From Saccostrea cucullata (Eukaryota): a DNA stretch of 64,000 nt. Location: NCBI RefSeq assembly GCF_032062105.1, contig NW_026926967.1, positions 186,001-250,000 on the forward strand, in the 5' to 3' direction. Position 1 is the stretch's first letter. The number at the start of each line of letters is the position of its first letter. The position numbers were made by a program, and so were the translations under genes. The notes beneath the pieces were generated by a model. It worked only from the letters and a program-made list of their open reading frames with translations. It ran no database searches and was not told the DNA's origin. Shown here piece by piece: positions 10,894 through 23,200 of this stretch.

Positions 10894-12141
10894 GTATTAT
10901 GTGTATTATGGAGACTTGGGTTACCAAAAACAGAAAATATTGACCATGTTGAGGAGTGAGCTGTCTTGGTCAGCACCCGGGTGTATCCATCAAAATGTTA
11001 TATCAAAATGCAGGTGAAGTTAAAATACTGTAAAAACAATTAAGTATTTATTTAAAATGTTTTTTAACCTAAAAAAATAAAATGCAAAAAAAAAAGAAAA
11101 AAAGAAACAACAACAAGTTTATGTAAAGTTCCACTCACTGAATTTATTTCTTTTTACAGTATTTAAAACATCACATTACATGGTAAAGGAAATTATTATC
11201 TTTAAGGCCATAATGGTGTAACAGTTTTATTTTTACATATCTGCCTTTTTTCATCCTTATGAATATAAATTGTGTTTGAGATTGTGAATTTTTATGTAAT
11301 TTTAGATATGCATTCCAGGATGGTGACTGAGGCTCTTCTTTGTTAACACCTAAATGCCTAGAATGGACTTAAAAACAGATTCTCAAAGTTTAACCAGTAT
11401 AATCTTGAATATGGTAATACTTTTAAAAAGGAATAAGATTTTCTGATCATATTGCTTTTAGACTTGCAAATACTACATGTAACTTGAAGTTGAAACTTTT
11501 CATGTAAAATTTGAAATGCAATTGAGTTTGACGAATTTCATACTACTAAGAGTTATCTCCTCTTGTTGGCGTAACTCTCATTTTTCCCACTTTGTAAGTT
11601 ACCTGTTATTATTTTCAATCTTCAAACTTTATTTGACAATTTAGATCTGTACCTGTATTGCCAAAGTTTGGGGCAACATGAAAATCTTAATTAATGAACA
11701 TATTCATTACAGAATTTATTTTTAGATACTGACCAATAAATTTGGTAAGTTTACAGAAGGAAAACGGGGCCTTACGCCGGATTGACCCCGCAAAGGAGAA
11801 TAACTTTTGTAAAATTTAATGTGAAAGTCGTCTATTTTTTTTTACATATATTTTTTTTAACCTCAAGGACAAAAAGTATACACTTGGAACACACACAAAA
11901 ACAGATTGGCCCTTGCCAAGCTAAAGATTAATGCAGAAGGTAAGTCAATTTTTCATTTCGTAACTCTTCTGGTTTTATCCAGATCGGACCTTACATATAA
12001 GCTAAGTCAGCTTCAGTATAATAGAAGGATATGGAGATAACGAACAGTATTCAATCACAAAAACCATAAAACAATACAAAATAAGAGCAGAGCAAACACG
12101 GACCCCCGAAACATCAGAGGTGGGATCAGGTGCCATAATAA

Positions 12142-12288
12142 AACACCAATTTACTTACTATCCGGAAAATAGCTTGTTTATCATCTCCCTCGACAGCAAA
12201 CTATTTCCCTTGGCTGCATCTTGGGGAATGGTTGCTGTCTTGGGGGAAGATAAACTAGCTATTGTCCTCATAGCCAGTAAATAGGTGT
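12142..12288. repeat. Imperfect long palindrome (fold-back element)
   Basis: ACACC.ATTTACT...ATAGCT.GTTTATC pairs with GATAAACTAGCTAT...AGTAAATAGGTGT. Confidence 0.65.
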
Positions 12289-12300
12289 ACATGTATACTG

Positions 12301-12783
12301 TTTTAGCTCTTCTAAGCCAAAGGCTCAAAGAGCTAATGCTATGGCCATTTGTGCAGTGTGCATAAACTTTTTAAAATGTGGGCCATAACTCAAGATCCCC
12401 TTGGACAATCATTGTCAAATTTGTCACAGGGCATCCTTGGCCCAAGGGCTACCATTTATACTAGGGTTTGGATCCTTGTACAAGGGGAGATAATCAGGAA
12501 AATAAAACCAAAAGAACTTTATATTAATTGGCCTAGAATTGTTTAACTTTGTCAGTTGAGGCATCCTGGGTTTTTGCAGAATGTCGACCAAAAAGTAGGT
12601 CACCATGACGTACTTATGGTATTTTATAGTTCTATTGAAATATCTTCAGTCCGATCTGGCTAAGAATCATCAAACTTTCTTGGTTGATGTATTTTGGGTC
12701 TTATAAACTAAGAGGCTTCAAATACTAGTGATAGATTGTACAATTTATCAAAAGAGCGATTCAAGGCCCTTGGGTTTCTTGTT
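12301..12783 (+). mobile_element. Short HINE/Helentron-like non-autonomous element, degenerate
   Basis: TTTTAGCTC head with hairpin AGCCAAAGGCT; tail GAGCGATTCAAGGCCCTTGGGTTTCTTGTT. Confidence 0.55.
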
Positions 12784-13695
12784 GTCCATAGTCATACACT
12801 GTACTCTGATTGGTAAAAATTTTAGCATTTACAGCCTTCTCTCCCCCCCCCCACCACCACCACCCAACCTAAGGGGGGAGTTAATCCATCAAAAATATTC
12901 AAAATTGTATTTTTATGCCCCGCCATGAATATGGCCAGGGCATATAGTGTTTGTAATGTCCGTCTTCCGTCCTTCCGTCCGTCCGTCCTTCTGTCCTTCC
13001 GTCACACTTTGTGTTTAGCTCTGCTCAAAGCTAAGTTTCAAAGAAACCATCCAAGATATTTTCAACAAACTTCATATGCTGATAGATATTGATGAGAGCT
13101 ATGCAACTGCATCAACATTTTTTTTACCTTGACCTTTCCTTTGACCTTGACCTCACTTTTGTTAAATTAGTGTTAGCTCAGTTTTAAACATACCATTCAA
13201 AATGGATTTATCAAACTTCACATGTAGATACAAACTTGCATGTATGATTCATCTCGGGATGAACACTACCAGACTTGCTTCGAATGCTGGATCTGACCTA
13301 CATTTTCCAGATGAGTGACCAGATTTACGTTTTTGGAGCAGGTCCATTCCTAAGGAATTATAAGCCCTACTTGGAGCAAACTTGCATGGGTGATGCATCT
13401 AAGGATGGACACTACCAGACTTGCTTCCTTCGGATGCTGGATCTGACCTACATTTCCATTCCAAAGAAACTATAAGCCCTACCTGATCCAAACTTGCATG
13501 GATGATGCATCTAGGGATGGACACTACCAGACTTGTTTTTGATGCTGGATTTGACCTATATTTTCATTCCCAAGTAACTATAAGACCTGCCCGAATCAAA
13601 CTTGCATGGATGATGCATCTAGGGATGGACACTACCGGACTTGCTTCGGATGCTGGATCTGACCTATATTTTCATTCCCAAGTACAGTGTAACTA

Positions 13696-16600
13696 CAGTG
13701 CTGCTATCCTATAAGTTGACAATTCTATCCTATCCTATCGTGAATCCTGCATCCACAATCCTATCCTATGATTTCAGTCTAATCCTATCCTATCCTATCC
13801 TGCAACTCTCAGTTTTTTAATATTTAGGAATTAATTTGACAAAATGAAAAAAAAGGAATTACCAGGAAAAAAATCAGACATAGTTATGGTATTCATTTAA
13901 ATGTTATAAATTTTAATGGAAAAAAAAATAATCGAGATCGGCATTCCATAATTCCTGACTCGCCGCACAAATTAAATTTACGATTATCATTGCCATGTTA
14001 AAAATAAATGTTAACAAACAGGTCGTAATTACACGTGGACAAGTACTGATTTTGCGAACATATGTAAAGAAATTGGGCAGCCAGAAGAATTAGAGAAAAA
14101 AAATATACTTAGTGTTTTAATTTTCCTACTAACAATGATCGGGAGACCCGGGATCGCGACTTGCTTCCGAGGCATTTTAATTAATTATTTTTAATAAAAA
14201 TCATAGGCCTATACGGTAAAAATGTTGAAGTATATATTTTTTTCTAAACTGAGCACCATGAAAATAACATGCATGTACCGGTACATGTATCTATAGTCTA
14301 ACTGTGCCTACATAATAGCGTTTTTTTCTGTATGCAATTCTCAAAAAGAAGATCTGACTAGACCATAAACCAAACAGACAAACTCAAAATGTAGATCTAG
14401 AATATTTTGATTTTCACATATTAAACATTTTAAATGTGAAATTGTCTTATAATATCAAATATTAAATGTATGATTTTTTTATTTAAATTCATAATTTATT
14501 CTTTTTTTTTAAATTTCAGTTCATCATCTGTCGTATGTGATATTTTTCAAACATGCAAAATATATAGTTGCTAAATAAAATTCAAGATGATCGAAATGTT
14601 TGTTTTTTTCATTTAACTTCAGTTTCTTCTCAGTTTATGGTCAGCTCAGTGCCGTACTTGTAAATGTATTTCAATTTCCTATTTTGATTTATGTGTGAAA
14701 ATTTAATAATTTATGTTTAATAGAATATATTTTCTAAATTTGATATTGGTTGACAGATTGACACTATATAAATATGATAAATATTGCATGTAGTTGAGCG
14801 TAACATTGAAAATTTTCACCCCAAGAAAACCATTGTTAACCGAGGCGCAGCCGAGGTTTACAATGGTTTTCGAGGGTTGAAAATCTTTAATGTTACACTC
14901 AACTACATGCAATATTTATTATATTATACTGAATGTTTTATACAAATACATATTACAGTGAACCGTGCATGCATAAATTCCAAGCAGTCACTATTTTTTG
15001 TAATACCACCCGTCGTCAAGCAATGTTGACTGTTGCTACGCAGGAGGGCATGGCTTCATTATTCAGCGGGTAGTAGTGTTTTTTATCAAATGTTTCTCGA
15101 CGAATCAGATTCAAGTAATTTACATGAAAGTATAATATTAATAAATATTGTAGTGAGGTCACACATGTTCCTAAGATCTTATAAAACATGCAAGGGAAAT
15201 TCAGAATTCACAGTATTTATAACTCATTCTTGAGTAAAGCAAGTTTGTATTTGACCTTGGCATTGGATGTTGAATCTTAATCAGTGTCTAATTGAAAAAT
15301 ATTAAAATGCTTCACACATGTTTCTTAGATCTTATAAACATGCATAAGAATTCACAGTATGTATAACACATTCTTGAGTAAACCTTTTATTTGTCCTTGA
15401 CATTTGATCTTAAAATTATCAGTGTTTAAATGAGAAAAAAAACTTTATCAAGTACACAACATTTTTATTCAAGGTGATTCCTCAACAATGTTTAACAATT
15501 GAATATTCCATTACCATGAGACAAAGTCATTAAAAGTATCCATGTACAGCATTTATGAATTTTAATTCAAATATCACAGATACATGTACATGAACTTTGT
15601 TTAAATTTAAGTTTATCAATGTTTTTATTACCGTAGTATAATGTTTTACATGCATTTAATTTGACTTTCTTATTCGACGCTCAAATTGAAATTCAAATGT
15701 CAGAGTTATTGTCAGAGAGATGGTCATAAACTGAACAGTTCCACAAATGTCAACAATGCACAGAAAACATACACTGATCTCCTTAATAAAAGCACTATGA
15801 TTTCAGTCTTAGGAATCTTTGACACTGGTTTGAACATCTTTCATCATTTACTCTAACAGCATATGGCATGAACTGCATTCTGCACAGCTGCAAATCTGCA
15901 GGGTTTCCTGAAAAAAAAAATCACATAATTATAGACATGTAGATTGTAAATTTTGTCATACACATTTCATACAAATTTAAAATGTTTTTGATTGTGATTA
16001 TCTTTCACATTTCATGTACAATTGGCTTTCATTTCACCTTTTTCTCTAAAAAAATAATGCATTTAGAAATCATGAAAAATAAAATCTTATACTGCAACCT
16101 CAGTCATATAAAATTAAGAAAAAAAATTTATTTTAGATAATTTACTTGTACATTATAATTCATTTTATCTTGTCAACTTGCTAACAAGTATGAATACATT
16201 TGTTTTAGTGACTTTTCTCTATTTTCTCTTTGTATTTATCTATTTAATGTTTTTTCTTGGCTTTCTTTTTTTTTTTTTTTTTTTTGGTCTTGAAATTTGA
16301 ATATGTAAAAGAAGAAGAAAATATCTATGTAACAGCAACATGATGACCAGAAAAATTCAACATTTCTTTCAGTTTAACTCTCAAGATTTTTGAAAGAAGA
16401 AAATCACTTGTTCCGAGAAACTGCAGACATGTCACCTCAAAGCAGCTAATGATGTTTATGTAGTTGAATGACCATTAAAAAATACATGATAAAAATAAAA
16501 TCATACATACTTTTTAGATTAAAATCCTTTATACCGTGATGACGCATGAGTGCAGGCAAATCCATCACTGTAATGATGAATATTAAAAGATTAACTTATG

Positions 16601-17561
16601 TTTCATAACTCACAATACATCATACATACATGTACAATATGTAAGTGCACTGCTGAGTGAGCTTATTAAACATTTCAGCAGTAGCATTAGAACATGTAGA
16701 AATGGTCATGATGATTCTACATTAATTCATTATAAGTTACACTGAAATGAAAGAATTAAGGAAATAATAAGATTAGTAAACTGATTAAGGCATAATACAT
16801 ATGATTGTTTTAGTCTTAGAGCTCATTGATAGCTAATTGAATCATATGACAGAGTAATGGGGGTATTTGTAAATATTTTATCCCCCCTTCTGTCTACACT
16901 ACTTCTTTTTTCCGCACCTATTTTTTGTTTATATTAAATAGAATAAAATGTTTATATTTTAAGACACGACAACATTGTTTAGAGGGATAAATAAGTATAA
17001 AACTGCAAACATGTACAGTGTACAGTACAGTGTGTAGTATACTTACATGAACTCGCACATCATCTATTCAAGTCCGCTGTTGACGGTTCCTGTGGAATTA
17101 TCCAAACAAACACAGCATATTTAACAGAAAACATGTTAGAACACTTTTAAACAAGTAAGAATCGGTTAAATCATCCAAGCAAGCTGAAGAAATACGGTCT
17201 TTCGATGCCTTGGCTCCTCGTTGTTTACATACCTAAATGCTTCCGGTGATCGTTCACGGCTAGATCGTACGCCGTGTTACTCGAAGTTTATAATGTAAAT
17301 CTGTGTTTAGAGAAAAGAATGTTTTATTTTCTATTGAAATTTTATAAATATTTCTTTTGTAAACATTATATATCGTATTTCGTTTTTGTTATTTATTCTG
17401 AAATATGAATGAACCTTTGCTCGAATCTGATTGGCTGTAGGATACAGGATAGGATAGGATAGGATAGGATTGGATTAACTTCTATATGTTTCTATCGTGA
17501 ATCCTCAATCCCGAATCCTATCCGATCCCATCCCATGTCAACTTGTGGGATAGCAGCACTG
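13696..17561. mobile_element. Non-autonomous Tc1/mariner-type TIR element (3.9 kb)
   Basis: TIR CAGTGCTGCTATCC..AAGTTGACA / TGTCAACTT..GGATAGCAGCACTG; TA TSD; subterminal (TATCC)n/(GGATA)n. The satellite unit resumes in register after it. Confidence 0.9.
14777..14919. repeat. ~70-bp-arm palindrome centred on CGAGGCGCAGCCGAGG
   Basis: ATAAATATTGCATGTAGTTGAG.GTAACATT pairs with AATGTTACACTCAACTACATGCAATATTTAT. A partial arm also occurs at ~496-528. Confidence 0.85.
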
Positions 17562-18758
17562 TATAAGCCCTGCCTGAACCAAACTTGCATGGATGATACA
17601 TCTAGGGATGGACACTACCAGACTTGCTTTGGATGCTGGATCTGACCTATATTTTCATTCCCAAGTAACTATAAGCCCTACCTGAACCAAACTTGCATGG
17701 ATGATGCATCTAGATATGGACACTTCCAGACTTGCTTAGGATGATGGATCTGACCTTTATTTTCATTCCTAAGTAACTATAAGTCCTACCTGAACCAAAC
17801 TTGCATGAATGATGCATCTAGTGATGGTCACTACCAGACTTGAAACGGATGCTGGATCTGACCTTTATTTTCATTCCCAAGTAACTATAAGTCCAGCCCA
17901 AACCAAACTTGCATGGATGATGCATCTAGGGATGGACACTACCAGACTTGCTTCGGATTCTGGATCTGACCTATATTTTCATTCCCAAGAAACTATAAGC
18001 CCTGCCTGAACCAAACTTGCATGGATGATGCATCTAGGGATGAACACTACCAGACTTGCTTCAGATGCTGGATGTGACCTATATTTTCATTCCCAAGTAA
18101 CTATAAGCCCTGCTGAACCAAACTTGCATGGATGATGCATCTAGGGATGGACACTACCAGACTTGCTTCGAATGCTGGATCTGACCTATATTTTCATTCC
18201 CAAGTAACTATAAGTCCTACTTGAACCAAACTTGCATGGATGATGCATCTAGGGATGGACACTACTAGACTTGCTTCAGATGCTGGATCTGACCTATATT
18301 TTCATTCCCAAGTATCTATAAGTCCTGCCCAAACCAAACTTGCATTGATGATGCATCTAGGGATGGACACTACCAGACTTGCTTCGGATGCTTGATCTGA
18401 CCTATATTTTCCAAACAAGCATTTCAGCTGCATCACTATTCAAGATATTCTGATCAAATTTTATACACATACAAATTTTCATGTTGCTTTACTTATACAT
18501 CCTCGGCGGGGCATTCATGTCCTATAGACATATTTCTAGTTTTAATTGAACATCAAGCAAATTGTGAGCAAAATTTTAATAAGCATTGAGTCCTACTAAA
18601 ACTATGAAATTCATATTGCCCCAGTGTAGTGGATCAGATGTAAAGGCGCAGCTTTATTAATTAATCATAAAGTGAAAATGCGTTGATTAATTGAAAATCT
18701 ATATAATGCTCCAAAGTTGAAAGCAAAAAGACTAAGTTCACGACAATGAGGAATAAGT

Positions 18759-19330
18759 TTTATACTCCTGTAATCAAAGATTCTGGGGTACATGTCATCT
18801 ATATAGCTTTTACCCTGTCTGTCTGTCTGCAAAATCTTTTCACATTGGCCGTATCATTTTAGTGGGTAAAAGTATGGCCTTCATATTTCACAGACCTGGT
18901 TATTCATTGTGACAATACTTGTGTACTGGTACATCAAATTAACCTTTTGAATTGAACTTGGAGAATGACTCACTTTTATGAAAGTTTCATAACTTGAATC
19001 TTGGCCTTAACTTTTGAACAGTTGGTGCAAGGGCTTTCATACTTCACTTGTATATTTACTGTGACAAGACCTTTCAATGGGTATAAATTAAAATATTTGA
19101 CCTTGAAATTCTAGTTTAACCCAGTGTTAAAAAACTTAAACTTTGATCATAACTTTTAAGCTGATAGTAGTAGGGCTTTCATATTTCACAGATTTATTCT
19201 TTGTGACAAGTCCTTCCTTGGATGTCAACAATTTTGACCTTTGACCTTGACCTTGGAGTTTGACTTGCACTAGGGAAACTTTAACCATAAGCTGGCATAT
19301 GGGGTATCAGTATGTACAAACACATATTTT
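18759..19330 (+). mobile_element. Degenerate HINE-like element
   Basis: TTTTATACTCC head, (TGTC)n, TGACCTT motifs, GGGGTATCAGT tail. Confidence 0.55.
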
Positions 19331-20299
19331 TTTCCGAGTTCACCCACAAATCAATGCTATTTAATGAATTTTAGATAAGAGACAAGGTAGATATCTGAGA
19401 ATATAGTGAAAAAAATAGTTTAAAAGATCATGGTTATGAATACTAAAAAATTAATTATAGTTATCTAGTATTTATATTTAAGTTCTACAGGGAATCAACC
19501 AGGATTGGATAATAATAATGTTCAGGGGGTGTTATGGGACGAATTCACTAGAACACACTGTATCCCATTTCTTTATTAGTAAAAAGCTAAAATCAAAACA
19601 AAACAAACAATCAGTTTACAATTAACCAATAAACTGTAATAATAATGACAAGATAATTCAGGATTTTCAATTATGACCATAATGTGTTTCCATAGTTTTC
19701 TAATATCTTATGCAATAAAGATCACAACTGGCTTCCATACTTTTAAAATCAATTAGCAACCACGTGTATCATGTTTCGTTCAATTACTACACAAATAAAG
19801 CTTGATTTCACATCAATTACATAGAAAAAGATGGATTCGATTCATATCGACATAATATAGTGTGATATTGTATGCATATACAACATTTCAATTGCAAACA
19901 TCGCAATACACAAATCTGCGCACTATGCAGAAAATAGGTCATGTCAGCCAACCGACAAATCAAGAAATTGTGCATCTTAACACAGTATGCATTCCTATGC
20001 ACCCTAGAATAACAATCTATTTCATAAGTTTACACAATTAAAGCATTAAAGTAAACAACTTACACTATGGAACTGCATTAATCACTGCAAATGAAGTGAG
20101 ACAACGTGCTCTGCTCTTGCCGACATTACAAAAACAAAAGTAAGTCGTACGTAAAATGTTTCGTAAAACATCACACTCCCCGCCTAATATCCTAAGGATA
20201 TTACTTAACTCAAACATACAACACATAAAAAAAAAAAAAAAACAAACAAATATCAAGTTACATCATAGATGACTGTAAGAATGAACAATTCAGTTCAAG

Positions 20300-23200
20300 T
20301 CAATCAATTAACAGTACCAACTCTGTAATTGGTCTAATGTATGTAGTGTCCTTGCCATCTCTGACAACACGAACTTGAACAGTTCTCACTTTCTGGTCAC
20401 TATCACTCTTGAAAACTTGAACGATTAGACCCATAGGCCACTGTCCACGGTGTAACTCCTTTTCACGTAACAGTACCACATCCCCTACTTTTATGTCCAG
20501 ATGTTCAGACTGCCACTTTGTCCTACGCTGGAGATGTTGCAAATATCCATCCTTCCATCTCTTCCAGAAAGTATCAGAAAGATGTTGCACATGTTTCCAC
20601 TGCGCTTTATATATTTCCTTGATGTCTGATGAATCTTTCAGAAGAATGTCAGGGAAACTTTTCTGGGTAAGTAGCATTGACGGACTAATGACGTACGGAT
20701 TGTCAGGATCACACGACACAGAACAGATTGGTCTAGAGTTCACAATAGCGCACACCTCACACATGAAAGTACACAGTACTTCATGGGATAACTGCTTCAC
20801 AGTAGGGTTAAGTAACATGGAATCAAGTATCTTCCTAGAGATCCCGATCATTCGCTCCCAAGAACCTCCTCTGTGCGAAGCATGGGGTGGGTTGAATGTC
20901 CATGTTATTTTGTTGTCATGCAGGTAATCTTTAAGTGGTCCCTTTTCTGTATATATTGCCTCTGCCTGAATGACGTCTAGAGCACCTACAAAGTTAGTCC
21001 CTCTATCAGACCGTATTTCCTTGACCGGACCACGCAAGGAAACAAAACGTCGTAATGCGTTTATGAATGATGAGGCACTCATCTCTCCTATCACCTCTAT
21101 GTGGATAGCTCTCGAAGTTAGGCAGGAAAAGAGAACAGCCCATCTCTTGCTGTGTGATAATCCTCCTCTAGTCTTGCGTGCGACTACAGACCACGGGCCA
21201 AAAACATCGACTCCTATGGCAGAGAAAGGTGGTCCTGGTGTGACCCGGTCTGCAGGTAAGTCACTCATGCGCTGACACTCCAACTTCCCTCTAAGTTTCT
21301 TACACACAACACACTTGTGTATGATAGAATTGACCAGTTTCTTGCATCCAACAATCCAAAAACCACTTGATCTCACTTTGCCCTCTGTAATAAGCCTCCC
21401 TTGGTGGTACACTTTCTCATGTAAATGAGTCACAATAAGTTTTGCAACATGAGACTTTGCGGGCAAGATGATGGGATTCTTCTCATCAAAGGATAAAGGA
21501 GCTTGGTTGAGACGTCCCCCAACACGCAAGATGTCCTGGTCATCTATGAACGGATGTAAATTCAAGATGCTGCTCGATGAGGGCAACGATTTATTGTCTC
21601 TGATCAGTTTGATTTCTTCCTCATAGAAGAAAGCTTGGACTGTCCGTATGATGAAAAGTTCTACTTCCTGAGTGTCCTTGACACTTTGTGATGGTAAGTT
21701 GATGTTTCCTTTTCTCAACTTGCAGATTTTCTTCAGATTTGTAATGGCTCGAACTAAACTTTTCCAAGTGGAGAAGTGTTCAAATCGTGTCACCAATGGT
21801 GTGTGTATTTCAGTTTTCTTCACACTGACTTCTGGGCGTATCTCTTTGTCCATGTCCGGAGAAATCAATGGAAAGGTAAGCATTTCTTCATCGGGTTGAG
21901 GAGACCTTAGTAGAGGCAGTCCTCGAAGCCAATCACTCTCAGCTAGCTGCTCCACAGATGTCAAACATCTAGTTCCTATGTCTGCTGGATTTTGTGAAGT
22001 TGGTACAAAACTCCACTGCTGAGGTTTAGATCTTCTGTGTATGACACTAACCCGATTAGAGACGTAGTTATAGAATCTGCGAGTCTGATTGTTCAGGTAC
22101 CCTAGCACCACTTTGCTGTCTGTATAGTAATTAGCAGAATCTGGGTCAATATCTAAGTGTCTAATCACAATCTGGGCTAATTCTGTGCCTAAAACAGCTG
22201 CACATAGTTCAAGACGTGGAATTGTTGTGGACTGAAGTGGAGCTATCTTCGACTTTCCGATGACGAATCCAACCTGAATGTCACCTGAACTGCTTACCGT
22301 TCGCAAGTATACCACAGCTGATATCGCCTTCTCAGAAGCGTCAGAAAAGACATGTAATTCCTTCAAATCAGCACAGCTTAAGGAAAGTGGAGTGAACATT
22401 CTCGGAATGTGTAAACCTTCTAGACTGTGAAGGGAGTCTTTCCATTCTAGCCACTCTTTCTCCCGACCTTCAGGAAGCGGATCATCCCAGCTGCTGTTAT
22501 GCTCACCCATCTCTCTGTACAGGATCCTGCCATGTATCACAATGGGCGCAATGAAGCCAAGAGGATCAAACAAGCTGTTGATGACAGAAAGCAGTCCTCT
22601 CTTTGTGAATGGTTTTACTGGAATGTGTGTGTTGTAGGTGAAGCTGTCCGCATTTATATCCCATGCCAGACCTAGACTTTGCTGGACAGGTAAGTCGTCT
22701 GATCCGATGTCCAGTGCCATTAAGTTCTTTTCCAAGTCCTCTGACGGGAAAGCTTCCATGACTTCCACATCATTGGATACGATCTTATGCAGTCTAATGT
22801 TAGCTTTCTTTAATGCACTTTGAGTTCTCCTTAAAAGGTCAATAGCTTCGGCACTTGTAGGTAAGGAGATAAGTCCGTCGTCCACGTAGAAATTCCTGAT
22901 CACATATTTTCTTACATCTTCGTCCTGATCTTCTACAGTTTTTCTTAGACCGTAGGTTGCGACGGCTGGGGATGGTGTGTTTCCAAACACGTGAACCTTC
23001 ATCCGATACTCCATTAAATCTTCCTCTGTGTCATTGTTCTTATACCAAAAGAACCTCAAGAAGTCTCTATCTTCTTCTCTTACGAGGAATGAATAGAACA
23101 TTTTCTCAATGTCTGCCATGATAGCGACTTTGTTCATGCGGAATCTCAACAGAACACCTAATAAGTCATTGGTCATATTTGGTCCTGAGAGAAGCACATT

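Larger units (their letters stand above)
13230..18412 (+). repeat. 108-bp tandem repeat, about 12 units, interrupted at 13696-17561
   Basis: Unit AAACTTGCATGGATGATGCATCTAGGGATGGACACTACCAGACTTG... starts at 17581, 17689, 17797 and so on. Confidence 0.95.
12911..18540 (+). mobile_element. HINE/DINE-1-like (Helentron-associated) element with internal satellite array
   Basis: T-run start; subTIR ATGCCCCGCC (12915) / GGCGGGGCAT (18505); (CCGT)n microsatellite; 3' hairpin ATGTC..GACAT; ends CTAG-TTTT. Confidence 0.85.

Noticed and set aside
16530-16590. C/D snoRNA (GTGATGA)
   Set aside because: No well-placed D box with a terminal stem.
13230-18412. Regular repeats as a CRISPR array, and the short ORFs they contain
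   Set aside because: Contiguous tandem units with no unique spacers, in eukaryotic context; the ORFs are satellite artefacts.
19817-20002. 61-aa ORF present twice (also 26492-26677)
   Set aside because: Duplicated only because it lies in the LTRs; non-ATG start and no coding features.
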